DNA of 62,453 nucleotides, the filler included. It is 4 parts of 4 records of this genome, joined end to end, with 100 filler letters (N's around TTAATTAATTAA, not from the genome) between each part and the next. Parts side by side here need not be neighbours in the genome. Positions count along the whole stretch, not along the records: positions 25,734 to 45,888 come from SRR31156797_312; 3 more parts are not named here. One strand, given 5' to 3'. The position numbers and the translations under genes are program-made. The number at the start of each line of letters is the position of its first letter. Positions within the stretch are counted from its first letter, which is position 1. Shown in pieces: positions 28,062 through 38,173 of this stretch. The notes under the pieces were generated by a model. The model did not search any database and had not been told where the DNA came from. It was given only the letters and a program-made list of their open reading frames with translations.

Positions 28062-28259
28062 ACAAAAACGACATCCTAACTAACATTATTTGCAATTTGC
28101 AGTTAAATTAAAGATCTATTTAGCGCTTGATTATAAGATGTTATCCAAAAAACAAACAGGCAAACCATTCGCAAACCTACTGTTAATCGATATTTCACAA
28201 ACCTCATATTAGTTTTAACATATTTTATTACAATTAAAAGTTGATAATGATTAACTTAA

Positions 28260-28430
28260 GTGTACAATTTAAAGTACATATTAAAGCAAACGGTAAAATA
28301 TATCAGTCACCCTAAATCAACAAATAATGAAGCATTTTATAACGACTATGTACTTTATGCTTCAAGCAAATCGACTTCCCAAACCGAAGAAAACGAAGAT
28401 GTAGTTGAAGAAACAACTACCGAAGAATAA
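28260..28430 (+). pseudogene. 56-aa ORF that looks like the acidic C-terminal remnant of a larger gene
   Basis: GTG...KSTNNEAFYNDYVLYASSKSTSQTEENEDVVEETTTEE*. The 3' part is strongly coding-like, the 5' part is not; a terminator follows. Confidence 0.45.
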
Positions 28431-28460
28431 AATGTAATATCATGTCGATATATTTACCGG

Positions 28461-28500
28461 GGCGAATCTCAAAACTATTTGGGGTTCGCTTTTTTATTTT
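28461..28500 (+). terminator. Intrinsic terminator
   Basis: GCGAATCTCAAA-ACTA-TTTGGGGTTCGC followed by a T-run. Confidence 0.75.
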
Positions 28501-28556
28501 CAGTTCGATACAACAATTCATATCTTAGTGTACACTTTAAAACATCTTAATGATAA

Positions 28557-28988
28557 ATGAATATCCGCTTTAAAGATAAAAACCTTAGACCCGACGAGTT
28601 CTCATACGAGACATTGGTTGTTTGCCCAAAATGTGGTGGAAAAGCCACAGTAATTAGCACTCAAGTTCCACAATTTGCTGAATTAAGATGCTCCTCTTGC
28701 CATTATGTAACCGACAAACCTCTTGATTCGGATGAGAAATCATACAGTGCCACCACTGACTACTGGTTCGATTGCGAATTCTGGCTGCAGGATAGCTTTA
28801 AGAATGAATTCTTTTTTGCTCATAACTACAAACATTTGGAGTACATCAAGCAATACATTCAAGCCGGATTAAGAGAACGAAACGACAGAGCCTTTTTTAC
28901 TTTGGTTGAAAAATTGCCGCAGTTTATTAAAACTGCTAAAAACAGAGACCGATTGCTTAAGATGATTGAAAAACTGGAGAAGAAGTAA
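28557..28988 (+). CDS. Zinc-ribbon hypothetical protein
   Basis: CPKC...CSSC pair, then YWFDCEFWL, HNYKHLEY, LRER. Confidence 0.75.
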   Translation: MNIRFKDKNLRPDEFSYETLVVCPKCGGKATVISTQVPQFAELRCSSCHYVTDKPLDSDEKSYSATTDYWFDCEFWLQDSFKNEFFFAHNYKHLEYIKQYIQAGLRERNDRAFFTLVEKLPQFIKTAKNRDRLLKMIEKLEKK

Positions 28989-29081
28989 TATCAATAAATC
29001 AGAAGTTCACAGAAATAAAAATTTTTACTGCTTCATTTCATATTGTATCTTTAATAGAATCATTTCAAATAAGAATACAAC

Positions 29082-30956
29082 ATGAAGATACTGAATACTC
29101 TTGCACTGCTAATTGCAGTACTTACAACATCCCTAGCCCAGGAAGTCCCTGCTGTGTACAGCAATATTGGCTCCGACGAGAAAGGCGTTTTTTTGCAATT
29201 GGAGGATAGAAAAATATATGCATCCGATCCTAAAGATCAGTTCCGGTTCGAAGATTTGTACAAAGCTGCAACTGGTACAAGTGAAGGGATAAGTTTCGAT
29301 TTTAAATTTCCAGAATTGAATGGAACTTTATTTTACGGATTTATTAATTATAAAGATGGAAGCTATCCGCAACCAGTTTATTTTCGTGAAAGCTCACGTA
29401 TTAAGAACGGAGTAAGTAACATTCCGATTAAAAGAAATCTCTCGGGCAAGTACGACATGATCAATTGGGAAAAAACCGGTAAAGGTGTACTGGGCTATCG
29501 AATTGTAACCAAACGAGGTGCCATAATGTACGATGGTAAAGTTGCTTTTACCTACAAAGACAACAAATTCGAAGTTGCCCCTACTGTAGTTGAAGGACCT
29601 TTTGTAAATCAACTGTCTCATAAGGGAGCTGTTATTTCGTTTACTACATCGAAAGAAACCAAAGCCCACATTAGCATTAATGGTAAGAACTTCAGAGACA
29701 AGAGGGCAAAGTATGTTCATGAGATTGAAATAGATAATTTAAATGCCGATACCAAATATCAATATACCTTACATGTTGGCGATTTTGAATATGAATTCTC
29801 CTTTGAAACAGCTCCACAACCAGGTACTCGCAAAGCATTTACTTTTGCTTACGGTAGCGACTCAAGAGCCGGGCAAGGTGGCGGTGAAAGAAATTTGTTT
29901 GGTACAAATGCCTATATCATTAAAAAGATTGCTGCCCTTGCCAAAGCTGAAAATGCCAAATTCATGCAGTTTACTGGTGATTTAATTAATGGATATGAGA
30001 ACAGTCGTGAACGAATGAATCTGGAGTATGCCAATTGGAAACATGCGGTGGAACCTTTTTGGCATCACATGCCTATTGTGCCAGGATTTGGTAATCACGA
30101 AGCCTACAATTACATTTTTAAAGATACAGTAAGTGGACACTCCTACTACATCGATCATTTCCCATTTGAAAATGAATCGGCAGAATCTCTTTTTCAGGAT
30201 AATTTTGTATTGCCAAAAAATGGACCGGATAGTGAAGATAACTCAACCTACGATCCCGACCCAAAGAAACAGGATTTTCCATCCTACAAAGAATCGGTGT
30301 ATTGGTATGCCTACGATAATGTGGCAATTGTAGCCCTTAACTCCGATTATTTTTATGCTCCAAGTGGGTTAAATGTGAGCAGCGGTAATTTGCATGCTTA
30401 TATCATGGATAATCAAAAAAAATGGCTACAAAAAACGTTAAAACAGTTGGAAAAAAATAAAAATATCGACCATATTTTTATCACCATTCACACACCATTT
30501 TTCCCAAACGGAGGTCATGTTAAAGACGACATGTGGTACAATGGTGATAACCGATTTAGAGCCGTAATAAATGGGAAAGCATGCAGTAAAGGAATTATTG
30601 AAAGACGAGATGAGCTACTGAATGCGATTGTAAATAAAAGCAAAAAAACGGTGGCTATTTTAAGCGGCGATGAGCACAATTACAATCTGCTCACCATTAC
30701 TAATGATATGATTCGATACCCAGAAGATTATCCTCACGAAAAGGTGAAATTATCTCGTACTTTTTACCAAATAAACAATGGTGCTGCAGGAGCTCCATAC
30801 TATGCGCAGGAAAAAACACCATGGTCGGATAATGTGAGAAATTTCTCCACTCAAAATGCCTTGGTATTAATTGATATAGATGGCAATACAATTAAAGTAC
30901 GAGTGAAAAATCCAGATACTCTTGAAATGATTGATGAATATTTTCTACGCGATTAA
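29082..30956 (+). CDS. Secreted purple-acid-phosphatase-like metallophosphoesterase with FN3-like domain
   Basis: Signal peptide; DSR, FTGDL, GNHE, H.P, GDEHNY metal-binding motifs. Confidence 0.85.
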   Translation: MKILNTLALLIAVLTTSLAQEVPAVYSNIGSDEKGVFLQLEDRKIYASDPKDQFRFEDLYKAATGTSEGISFDFKFPELNGTLFYGFINYKDGSYPQPVYFRESSRIKNGVSNIPIKRNLSGKYDMINWEKTGKGVLGYRIVTKRGAIMYDGKVAFTYKDNKFEVAPTVVEGPFVNQLSHKGAVISFTTSKETKAHISINGKNFRDKRAKYVHEIEIDNLNADTKYQYTLHVGDFEYEFSFETAPQPGTRKAFTFAYGSDSRAGQGGGERNLFGTNAYIIKKIAALAKAENAKFMQFTGDLINGYENSRERMNLEYANWKHAVEPFWHHMPIVPGFGNHEAYNYIFKDTVSGHSYYIDHFPFENESAESLFQDNFVLPKNGPDSEDNSTYDPDPKKQDFPSYKESVYWYAYDNVAIVALNSDYFYAPSGLNVSSGNLHAYIMDNQKKWLQKTLKQLEKNKNIDHIFITIHTPFFPNGGHVKDDMWYNGDNRFRAVINGKACSKGIIERRDELLNAIVNKSKKTVAILSGDEHNYNLLTITNDMIRYPEDYPHEKVKLSRTFYQINNGAAGAPYYAQEKTPWSDNVRNFSTQNALVLIDIDGNTIKVRVKNPDTLEMIDEYFLRD

Positions 30957-30980
30957 AATTTTAAAAACAAGTCCTACAAA

Positions 30981-32075
30981 ATGAGAATGATCCTCATCTT
31001 CATCACTGTCTGCTTTTATACAGGTTCATGTATCGCACAAGACCATGATTCCTTATCGAAGAGTTCTTACCTTAGACAAGAATTATTTGAAGATGATGAA
31101 ATTCTTCAGATTTGTTTGCAAGGAGAAATTCGTGAGCTATTTAAAGATCGGGGAGAGAATGCAAATTATCACCCCATCCGATTTTCTTACCATAGAAATG
31201 ACAGTACATTCCACCTAAAAATTCGCGTTAAAACCCGGGGGCATTTTCGCAAATTAAGAAAAAACTGTTTTACACCTCCTCTACTGCTTAACTTTGACAC
31301 AATTCCAAAGCATAAAAATTCTCTATTTTATGGTCAAAATAAACTAAAATTGGTTACCTCCTGTAAAAGTGAACAGTACATTTTACGTGAATACATGGTA
31401 TACAAACTGTATCAATTCATTTCACCATATCACTTTAAAGCAAGATTGGTTAAACTCTGTTTTGATGACACAAAAAAAGGAAAAAGAACCAAATCTGAAT
31501 ATGGTATTTTATTGGAGAGTCAGAAGTTTATGGCTGAAAGAAACAAGTCTAATCTGGTAAAAACACTCCATGTAAATCCAATGAAAACAGATCGGGAGCT
31601 ATTCTTGAAAATGGCAGTCTTTCAATTCTTAATTGGCAACACCGATTGGTCGATTCAATATCTGCACAACATCAAACTATTAGGCAATTTAAATACTACC
31701 GATTTAATTCCTATTCCTTACGACTTTGATATGTCTGGCATTGTAAATACTCCTTATGCAATGCCAGCGGAAGCACTTCAACTAAAATCTGTAAGAGAAA
31801 GATTATTTAGAGGGTATTGCATCAAAGATATGAAAGAATTTCAACCAATTCTAGAGCATTTTATCAAGTTAAAAAGTGACATTTACAATTTGTATCAGGC
31901 TGATCTTTTACTGGATAAAACTTACAAAAAAAATACTCTAAAGTATCTTGATCAGTTCTACAAAATTATCACTGACGAAAAATTAAGCCAAAGAGCATTT
32001 CAGTATCCGTGCAATCCAAAAGGAACAGGAAATATTGTGATTAAAGGCTTGAAAAAATACAACTCTCAGAAATGA
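30981..32075 (+). CDS. Secreted hypothetical protein with CotH/atypical-kinase-like motifs
   Basis: Signal peptide; KTRG, LKLV, REY..Y, GNTDW, HN, IPYDFD pattern recognised by eye. Confidence 0.55.
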   Translation: MRMILIFITVCFYTGSCIAQDHDSLSKSSYLRQELFEDDEILQICLQGEIRELFKDRGENANYHPIRFSYHRNDSTFHLKIRVKTRGHFRKLRKNCFTPPLLLNFDTIPKHKNSLFYGQNKLKLVTSCKSEQYILREYMVYKLYQFISPYHFKARLVKLCFDDTKKGKRTKSEYGILLESQKFMAERNKSNLVKTLHVNPMKTDRELFLKMAVFQFLIGNTDWSIQYLHNIKLLGNLNTTDLIPIPYDFDMSGIVNTPYAMPAEALQLKSVRERLFRGYCIKDMKEFQPILEHFIKLKSDIYNLYQADLLLDKTYKKNTLKYLDQFYKIITDEKLSQRAFQYPCNPKGTGNIVIKGLKKYNSQK

Positions 32076-32192
32076 AAATCTATTACTTCAAAAATTGTTC
32101 AAATCTTAAACTATTACGAGTGTAGATTCCTTAATCAACACAAAATACCGATGTTGTATTCAACTAATTTATTAGATATGTGATAATTAAAT

Positions 32193-32342
32193 TTACTTTA
32201 TCACCATAAAATTTTTCTTGTTTTTGATTCGATTCCAGTCTCTCATATTCATCGACTGAATCATTTTAGTTGTAAGATCAACTACCACAAAATCGTCATC
32301 TTCGGTAAAAAATAGCTCCTTAATTCTTCTAAACAGTTTCAT
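32193..32342 (-). CDS. 49-aa small protein
   Basis: MKLFRRIKELFFTEDDDFVVVDLTTKMIQSMNMRDWNRIKNKKNFMVIK*, ATG preceded by AGGGGAT; below the ORF-track cutoff. Confidence 0.55.
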   Translation of the reverse strand: MKLFRRIKELFFTEDDDFVVVDLTTKMIQSMNMRDWNRIKNKKNFMVIK

Positions 32343-32426
32343 ATCCCCTAAAATTTATTGTTTTTTATTTACCTAAATTTACTAGGAATACGAGTAATTT
32401 TCAATAGTGTTATGTTGTATTTAATG

Positions 32427-32478
32427 ATTACGTAATATGAGTTTACAATTACGTAATTTTAGATCATGAATACGTTAA
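32427..32478. promoter_or_regulatory. Three operator-like sites at 21-bp spacing
   Basis: ATTACGTAAT (32427), ATTACGTAAT (32448), AATACGTTAA (32469). Confidence 0.55.
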
Positions 32479-32490
32479 ATTTGCCAATTA

Positions 32491-33015
32491 TCAATCTAAA
32501 AACATCAGTGAATTGAAATACAAATTCTTCTTATCAAGTAAGATACTCTTCATTCTTGATGGTCCTCCAATTGCGATCTGATAAATGTATTTCCCTCTAA
32601 AGAAAAAGCGCTTATAATAGGTATATTCATGACGACCAACCATTTGAGTATATGTAATTTCTTTACCCAACATTTTTTGATAAGCAACAGCCTGCTCCGA
32701 AATTAAAATAGCATCGCCGGTAACTAAACTTCCCTCCTTCATCTCCTCGTAATATTCTGTAGGATCGGAATAAGTAAAGTCAAGACCTAATTTTGAAAAA
32801 TCAGATGCAACTACACCAAAAACACTAACAGCGTCTTTATAGCTAAACACTTCTATCTCTATAGAACTAAGTTGTTTGCTTTGAACAATAGGTTGTTCAG
32901 GCATTGTAAAACTAATTTTAGACTTTTCCGAACCTATTGTTTTCCATTCGGTTTGAGCCCAAACAGTTGAATATGCACACAATAGTGCAATTGCAGTATG
33001 TACTAATCTTTTCAT
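32491..33015 (-). CDS. Secreted hypothetical protein
   Basis: Signal peptide ending VWA-Q; 174-aa ORF co-oriented with dgt. Confidence 0.75.
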   Translation of the reverse strand: MKRLVHTAIALLCAYSTVWAQTEWKTIGSEKSKISFTMPEQPIVQSKQLSSIEIEVFSYKDAVSVFGVVASDFSKLGLDFTYSDPTEYYEEMKEGSLVTGDAILISEQAVAYQKMLGKEITYTQMVGRHEYTYYKRFFFRGKYIYQIAIGGPSRMKSILLDKKNLYFNSLMFLD

Positions 33016-33027
33016 AATTCTTTTTTA

Positions 33028-34371
33028 TCAACTAATACCTGGAAGTTCAATCCCTTTAATTTTTCGATACAAATCCAAGGCAAAAACATCCGTCATTCCA
33101 GACACAAAATCCATTACAGACATCACTTTTTCGTAATCCGACTCTCCTTTTATTTCGTACTGTTCTGGAATAAGAGACAATAAATTCTTAGAATAAAAAT
33201 CATCTGGATCCATAACAGCAGAAACAAATTCCTCTAATAAAGTTCCTAAAATTTTATACCCAGCCAATTCGATCTCAATTACCGAACGATGCCTGTAAAT
33301 TCTCTTTACAGCAACATTTGTGCAATTTTTATAGGCGGCTAAGCAAGTCTCACCACTTTTCTTAATCAAAGAACCTTTGAAACTTCCATTTAATATTTCT
33401 GCATAGTTATTAATAAATACATTCACGCATTCACCAATCATTTTTCCAATAACACCAGCTCTTATATAAGCAATTTGCTCATTAATATCACTAACCTCAA
33501 TACAGGTTTCATTAATTTTTTGAATTGCCGCTTTATCTTTTACAGGATGATAAAAACTCAAAAGAAGTTCTTTAGTTTCTTCTGTGCCTAAAATGTTTAA
33601 TTTATGCGCATCCTCAATATCCATAATTTGATAACAAATGTCATCCGCTGCTTCAACCAAATAAACAAGAGGAAAACGCGCAAATATTCCTTCCGATATT
33701 TCTGGTATTTCTAACTCCCTGGCAACTTTATAGTAATCTTCCTTTTCGGTTTGAAAGAATCCATATTTCGATTTTCCAACTATCGGAATTTTATCCGATT
33801 CCCATGGATATTTTACAATTGAAGCAATGGTTGAGTAAGTAAGTGCAAATCCGCCTTTTCTTCTACCCTTAAATGCATGAGTTAATAAGCGTAAAGCGTT
33901 TGCATTTCCTTCAAAATTTGTCAAATCAAACCACTCTTTCTCCGTAAATTTTCCTTTTAACTCACTCCCTCTTCCTTTCTCAAAATAATGAGACAGAGCC
34001 TTCTCTCCTGAATGTCCGAACGGTGGATTTCCTAAATCATGAGCCAAACAAGCTGCAGCTACAATGCTACCAATTTCGCTTATTCCACTATTACTGTCAA
34101 CAATATTTTTCTCAATCAATTTTTCGGCTAAAGAATTTCCTAAAGATCTTCCAACACTAGACACCTCTAGACTATGAGTTAACCTATTGTGAACAAATAT
34201 ACTTCCTGGAAGAGGAAAAACCTGTGTTTTATTTTGTAGGCGTCGGAATGGGGAAGAAAAAATCAACCTATCGTAATCCCTCTGAAATTGAGTTCTTACA
34301 TCCTCTCCAGCTGGGGAGTGCTTTTCTTCTTGTCCGAATCTTTTTGTAGAAAGTAATTTAGTCCAATTCAT
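33028..34371 (-). CDS. dgt: dNTP triphosphohydrolase (dGTPase)
   Basis: FQRDYDR, RLQNKTQVF, HNRLTHSLEV, AHDLGNPPFGHSGE, EAADDICY. Confidence 0.95.
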   Translation of the reverse strand: MNWTKLLSTKRFGQEEKHSPAGEDVRTQFQRDYDRLIFSSPFRRLQNKTQVFPLPGSIFVHNRLTHSLEVSSVGRSLGNSLAEKLIEKNIVDSNSGISEIGSIVAAACLAHDLGNPPFGHSGEKALSHYFEKGRGSELKGKFTEKEWFDLTNFEGNANALRLLTHAFKGRRKGGFALTYSTIASIVKYPWESDKIPIVGKSKYGFFQTEKEDYYKVARELEIPEISEGIFARFPLVYLVEAADDICYQIMDIEDAHKLNILGTEETKELLLSFYHPVKDKAAIQKINETCIEVSDINEQIAYIRAGVIGKMIGECVNVFINNYAEILNGSFKGSLIKKSGETCLAAYKNCTNVAVKRIYRHRSVIEIELAGYKILGTLLEEFVSAVMDPDDFYSKNLLSLIPEQYEIKGESDYEKVMSVMDFVSGMTDVFALDLYRKIKGIELPGIS

Positions 34372-34573
34372 AGTCACAAAATAATATTCACAACTGCTTT
34401 AAACAAAGCAATTCTTTTTAGAAAGGATAAAAATACATTAAAATTTAAGGCGGAAGTTCTGCTTTAGGAATTATTAACATCTCAAACAATCAAAGTGAAA
34501 ATACCATTCTTAGATAAGAACTAATAATCAGAATCTTAAATACTATTACTATTCACATAAACGGAGATCTGAT

Positions 34574-34692
34574 TGTTCACTATCGTACATTAGATGTATT
34601 ATCAGCGTACACATTTAAACTTTAAATCACCAAACAAAAACCTTTAACGCACTGAAATACTGAGAATTTATACATATGGCACAACAATTGAA
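34574..34692 (+). promoter_or_regulatory. Sigma54-like promoter with TGT-N10/11-ACA upstream sites
   Basis: TGGCAC-AACAA-TTGAA at 34677-34692; TGTTCACTATCGTACA at 34574 and TGT-N11-ACA at 34595. Confidence 0.55.
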
Positions 34693-34865
34693 ATTAACAA
34701 TACACAATTGGGGTGAAGATTTTCTTTGGTAATTTTATGACTTATAATCGACCTTATCTGTTTATATTACAGGTTTGTCGATAATTAAACGTGTTGATCT
34801 AAATAAATTTGAGATGAACAGGCATAAGATTAATATTGTATACAGATTTAAAATACGACTATATT

Positions 34866-35588
34866 ATGATCCGATTACAAAACATTCATAAATCGTACAT
34901 TACGGGAACCAACAAACTACATGTTCTCAAAGGAATCGATTTACACATTAAAGAAGGTGAATTAGTTTCCATCATGGGATCTTCAGGTTCTGGAAAATCA
35001 ACTCTTTTAAACATTCTTGGTTTACTCGATAACCATGATGAAGGAGTTTATGTGCTGAACAATGAAGAAATCAAATCCATGAGCGAAACGAAAGCAGCTA
35101 AACTTCGAAATAATCTTCTCGGATTTGTATTTCAGTCGTTTAATCTGATTTCTTTTAAAAATGCAATGGAAAATGTAGCTCTTCCACTTTATTATCAAAA
35201 AGTAGCCCGAAAAAAAAGAAACAATCTGGCTCTTGAATATCTTGATAAAATGGGCTTGAAAGAGTGGGCGCATCACATGCCAAATGAAATGTCGGGTGGA
35301 CAAAAACAAAGAGTTGCCATTTCTCGTGCAATGATAACCAAACCAAAAATTATATTGGCTGATGAGCCTACCGGAGCATTAGATTCTGCAACATCTATTG
35401 AAGTAATGGATTTGCTAAAAGAGATCAATCAATCGGGCATTACGGTTATTATTGTAACCCACGAAAACGATATTGCTCACATGACCGATAGAATCATTAA
35501 CCTTAAAGATGGTAGAATAGAATCAATTATTGACAATAACGAAATTAACAATACCGAAACGGTTAAAACCCCTCATCAGGAAGCCTAA
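34866..35588 (+). CDS. ABC transporter ATP-binding protein (LolD/MacB-type)
   Basis: GSSGSGKS, SGGQKQR, ILADEPTGALD, VTHE. Confidence 0.95.
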   Translation: MIRLQNIHKSYITGTNKLHVLKGIDLHIKEGELVSIMGSSGSGKSTLLNILGLLDNHDEGVYVLNNEEIKSMSETKAAKLRNNLLGFVFQSFNLISFKNAMENVALPLYYQKVARKKRNNLALEYLDKMGLKEWAHHMPNEMSGGQKQRVAISRAMITKPKIILADEPTGALDSATSIEVMDLLKEINQSGITVIIVTHENDIAHMTDRIINLKDGRIESIIDNNEINNTETVKTPHQEA

Positions 35589-35609
35589 ACCCAACCCTAA
35601 TATCAAGCT

Positions 35610-36863
35610 ATGTTCGACAGAGATAAATGGCACGAAATATTTAGTACCATAAGAAAAAACAAAACCAGAACTGTTTTAACTGGTTTTTCGGTAGCAACCG
35701 GAATTTTCATGTTGATTTTTCTTTTAGGAGCTGGAAGAGGTCTTCGAAATGGTATGACTTCCGTTTTTGCTCAAGATGCTACAAACAGTATGCAGATTTA
35801 TGGTGGTAGAACCACTAAAGCATACAAAGGAACACCTGAAGGAAAAAGAATCCGCATGGTGAATGATGATTATTTAAGCCTTAAAAAATCAATCGATAAA
35901 CTGGATGTTATTTCTGCAATGTCCTACATTCCAGGTGCTGAAGTAATTTCTTACAAAAATAATTTTGGAAACTTTAATGTTTCACCGGTTCACGATACTT
36001 ATAAAAAAATTAAAAATTTTGAGATCGTAAAAGGTCGATATTTAAATCAGAAAGATATAAAAGAGAGTAGAAAAGTTGTGGCAATTCAGGATGTAGTTGC
36101 TGAAGTCCTTTTCCCAAAAGAAGAACCTCTTAACAAGTTAATCAACATTAATAATATCAAATTTAAAGTGATTGGTGTTTTTCAACAATCGAGTTTCGAT
36201 GATAATTCCCGAGATATTTACATCCCAATTACGGTTGCCCAAAAAATATTCAATAATGATGATAAGCTTCAACGAATCTCCTTTACCTTAAATGATGTTT
36301 CCGTAGAAGAAAGTCAGGATATTGAAAAATTCATCACCTACCAAATGGCTGCTCGCCACAATTTTAGCCGAGAAGATAAAAATGCTCTTTGGATTCAAAA
36401 TAATATCGAAAATTCAAAAACCTTCGCTAGTATTTTTAGTGCGATTGAGATGTTTGTATGGGTGATTGGAACATTCACAATTATTCTGGGTGTAATTGGG
36501 GTTTTCAATATTATGATGATTGTTGTTCGTGAACGAACTAAGGAAATTGGTATTAGAAAAGCTATTGGAGCCTCACCTGGATCTGTGGTTGGTCTTGTTC
36601 TTATGGAAGCCATCTTTATTACTGCAGCTTCTGGTTACATTGGATTAATAGCAGGTGTTGGTTTACTTGAATTTATCACTCAATTCGATATAGTATATAA
36701 GCTTTATCCACCTGCTGCAATCTACTTTTTAAATCCACAAGTTGATTTAGGAATTGCTATTGGTGCTACCATTGTTCTGGTAATAACCGGAGCTTTAGCT
36801 GGATTTTTCCCAGCTAGAAAGGCTGCTGCTATTAGACCAATTGAAGCTTTAAGAGACGAATAA
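35610..36863 (+). CDS. MacB/FtsX-family ABC permease
   Basis: One TM, periplasmic domain, three TM; ERTKEIGIRKAIGA, PIEALRDE. Confidence 0.92.
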   Translation: MFDRDKWHEIFSTIRKNKTRTVLTGFSVATGIFMLIFLLGAGRGLRNGMTSVFAQDATNSMQIYGGRTTKAYKGTPEGKRIRMVNDDYLSLKKSIDKLDVISAMSYIPGAEVISYKNNFGNFNVSPVHDTYKKIKNFEIVKGRYLNQKDIKESRKVVAIQDVVAEVLFPKEEPLNKLININNIKFKVIGVFQQSSFDDNSRDIYIPITVAQKIFNNDDKLQRISFTLNDVSVEESQDIEKFITYQMAARHNFSREDKNALWIQNNIENSKTFASIFSAIEMFVWVIGTFTIILGVIGVFNIMMIVVRERTKEIGIRKAIGASPGSVVGLVLMEAIFITAASGYIGLIAGVGLLEFITQFDIVYKLYPPAAIYFLNPQVDLGIAIGATIVLVITGALAGFFPARKAAAIRPIEALRDE

Positions 36864-36890
36864 CAAACAGACTAATTAAACGACATTACA

Positions 36891-38141
36891 ATGTTCGATA
36901 TAGATAAATGGCAAGAAATTACTGCCGCACTTAAAAAGAATAAATTAAGAACCATACTTACCGGAATGGGAGTAATGTTCGGTATTCTTATTTTGGTGAC
37001 CCTATTAGGAATAGGTAGAGGATTTCAGAATAATATACAGTCCTCTTTGGGTAACTTTGCAACTAACTCAACTGCATTTTGGGTAGAGCGAACTACAAAA
37101 GCATATAAAGGATTACCACGAAATAGATTTTATCGTTTTACAAATGACGATATAATCGCATTAAAAAGATCTATTCCTGAATTGGAGCACATTGCTCCCG
37201 ATATTAGTGGTTGGAGTGGAAATGCAACACACAATACATTTAGAGCTGACAAGAAGGGTAATTTCAGAGTAAAAGGAACTTCTCCTGAAATGAATAAAGT
37301 AAACCCAGTTGACGTTACCAGTGGCAGATTTATTAATGAAAATGATTTAAAAGAATTTCGAAAAGTAATTACAATTGGTCCTCGTGTTCAAGAATTGATG
37401 TTTGAAGAAGATGAAGATCCTGTTGGACAATATCTTAAAGTGAATGGTATCTTTTTTAAAATTATTGGTACTGTAAAACCTTTAAGTCGTAATATGGGAA
37501 ATCGTGATGACGTAATTCAAATGCCTTTTACAACTGTGCAACAACTATACAATTATGGAGATAAATTCTATTCGTTTATAGCAACGGCGCATGTTGGTGA
37601 ATCCGTTGCAGAATTGCAAGATAAAATATTTGAAATCTTAGCTCGCAGACATTCAATACATCCAGATGACAAACAAGCAATTGGAAATATAAACATTGCC
37701 AGATTATTCAATAAAATATTTGGTCTTTTAAATAGTATTGGATTTTTGTTTTGGGTAATTGGCTTTGGAGTTCTAATTACTGGAGTAATTGGGGTAAGTA
37801 ATATTATGCACGTAGTGGTGAAAGAACGTACCAAAGAGTTAGGAATAAAACGTGCAATTGGTGCCAGACCTCTTTCTGTTGTAGGGCAAATAATTAACGA
37901 ATCAGTTTTCTTAACAACCTTTGCTGGTTTTTGGGGATTGGTAATTGGTGTGGTAATCGTGGAAGGAATAGGGAAAATGACAGAAGGTAATCCTGATGCA
38001 CAAATACTTAATCCTTTCGTTGATATTAATGTTGCTTTAATAGCACTTGGTGTTTTAGTCTTTTTTGGAGTTTTGGCTGGTCTGTTGCCAGCTCAAAGAG
38101 CCATTAAAATTAAACCCGTTGATGCTTTGAGATACGAATAA
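36891..38141 (+). CDS. MacB/FtsX-family ABC permease (second paralogue)
   Basis: ERTKELGIKRAIGA, PVDALRYE, same topology. Confidence 0.92.
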   Translation: MFDIDKWQEITAALKKNKLRTILTGMGVMFGILILVTLLGIGRGFQNNIQSSLGNFATNSTAFWVERTTKAYKGLPRNRFYRFTNDDIIALKRSIPELEHIAPDISGWSGNATHNTFRADKKGNFRVKGTSPEMNKVNPVDVTSGRFINENDLKEFRKVITIGPRVQELMFEEDEDPVGQYLKVNGIFFKIIGTVKPLSRNMGNRDDVIQMPFTTVQQLYNYGDKFYSFIATAHVGESVAELQDKIFEILARRHSIHPDDKQAIGNINIARLFNKIFGLLNSIGFLFWVIGFGVLITGVIGVSNIMHVVVKERTKELGIKRAIGARPLSVVGQIINESVFLTTFAGFWGLVIGVVIVEGIGKMTEGNPDAQILNPFVDINVALIALGVLVFFGVLAGLLPAQRAIKIKPVDALRYE

Positions 38142-38173
38142 TAAATAGTCATAATTCGAAAATAATACTAATC

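Noticed and set aside
25734-32100. tRNA-anchored genomic island
   Set aside because: No integrase or duplicated tRNA 3' end was found; the apparent composition difference from the rest of the contig was not quantified.
33028-34371. dGTPase as an anti-phage nucleotide-depletion gene
   Set aside because: Looks like the ordinary Bacteroidota dgt in a housekeeping context with no defence neighbours.
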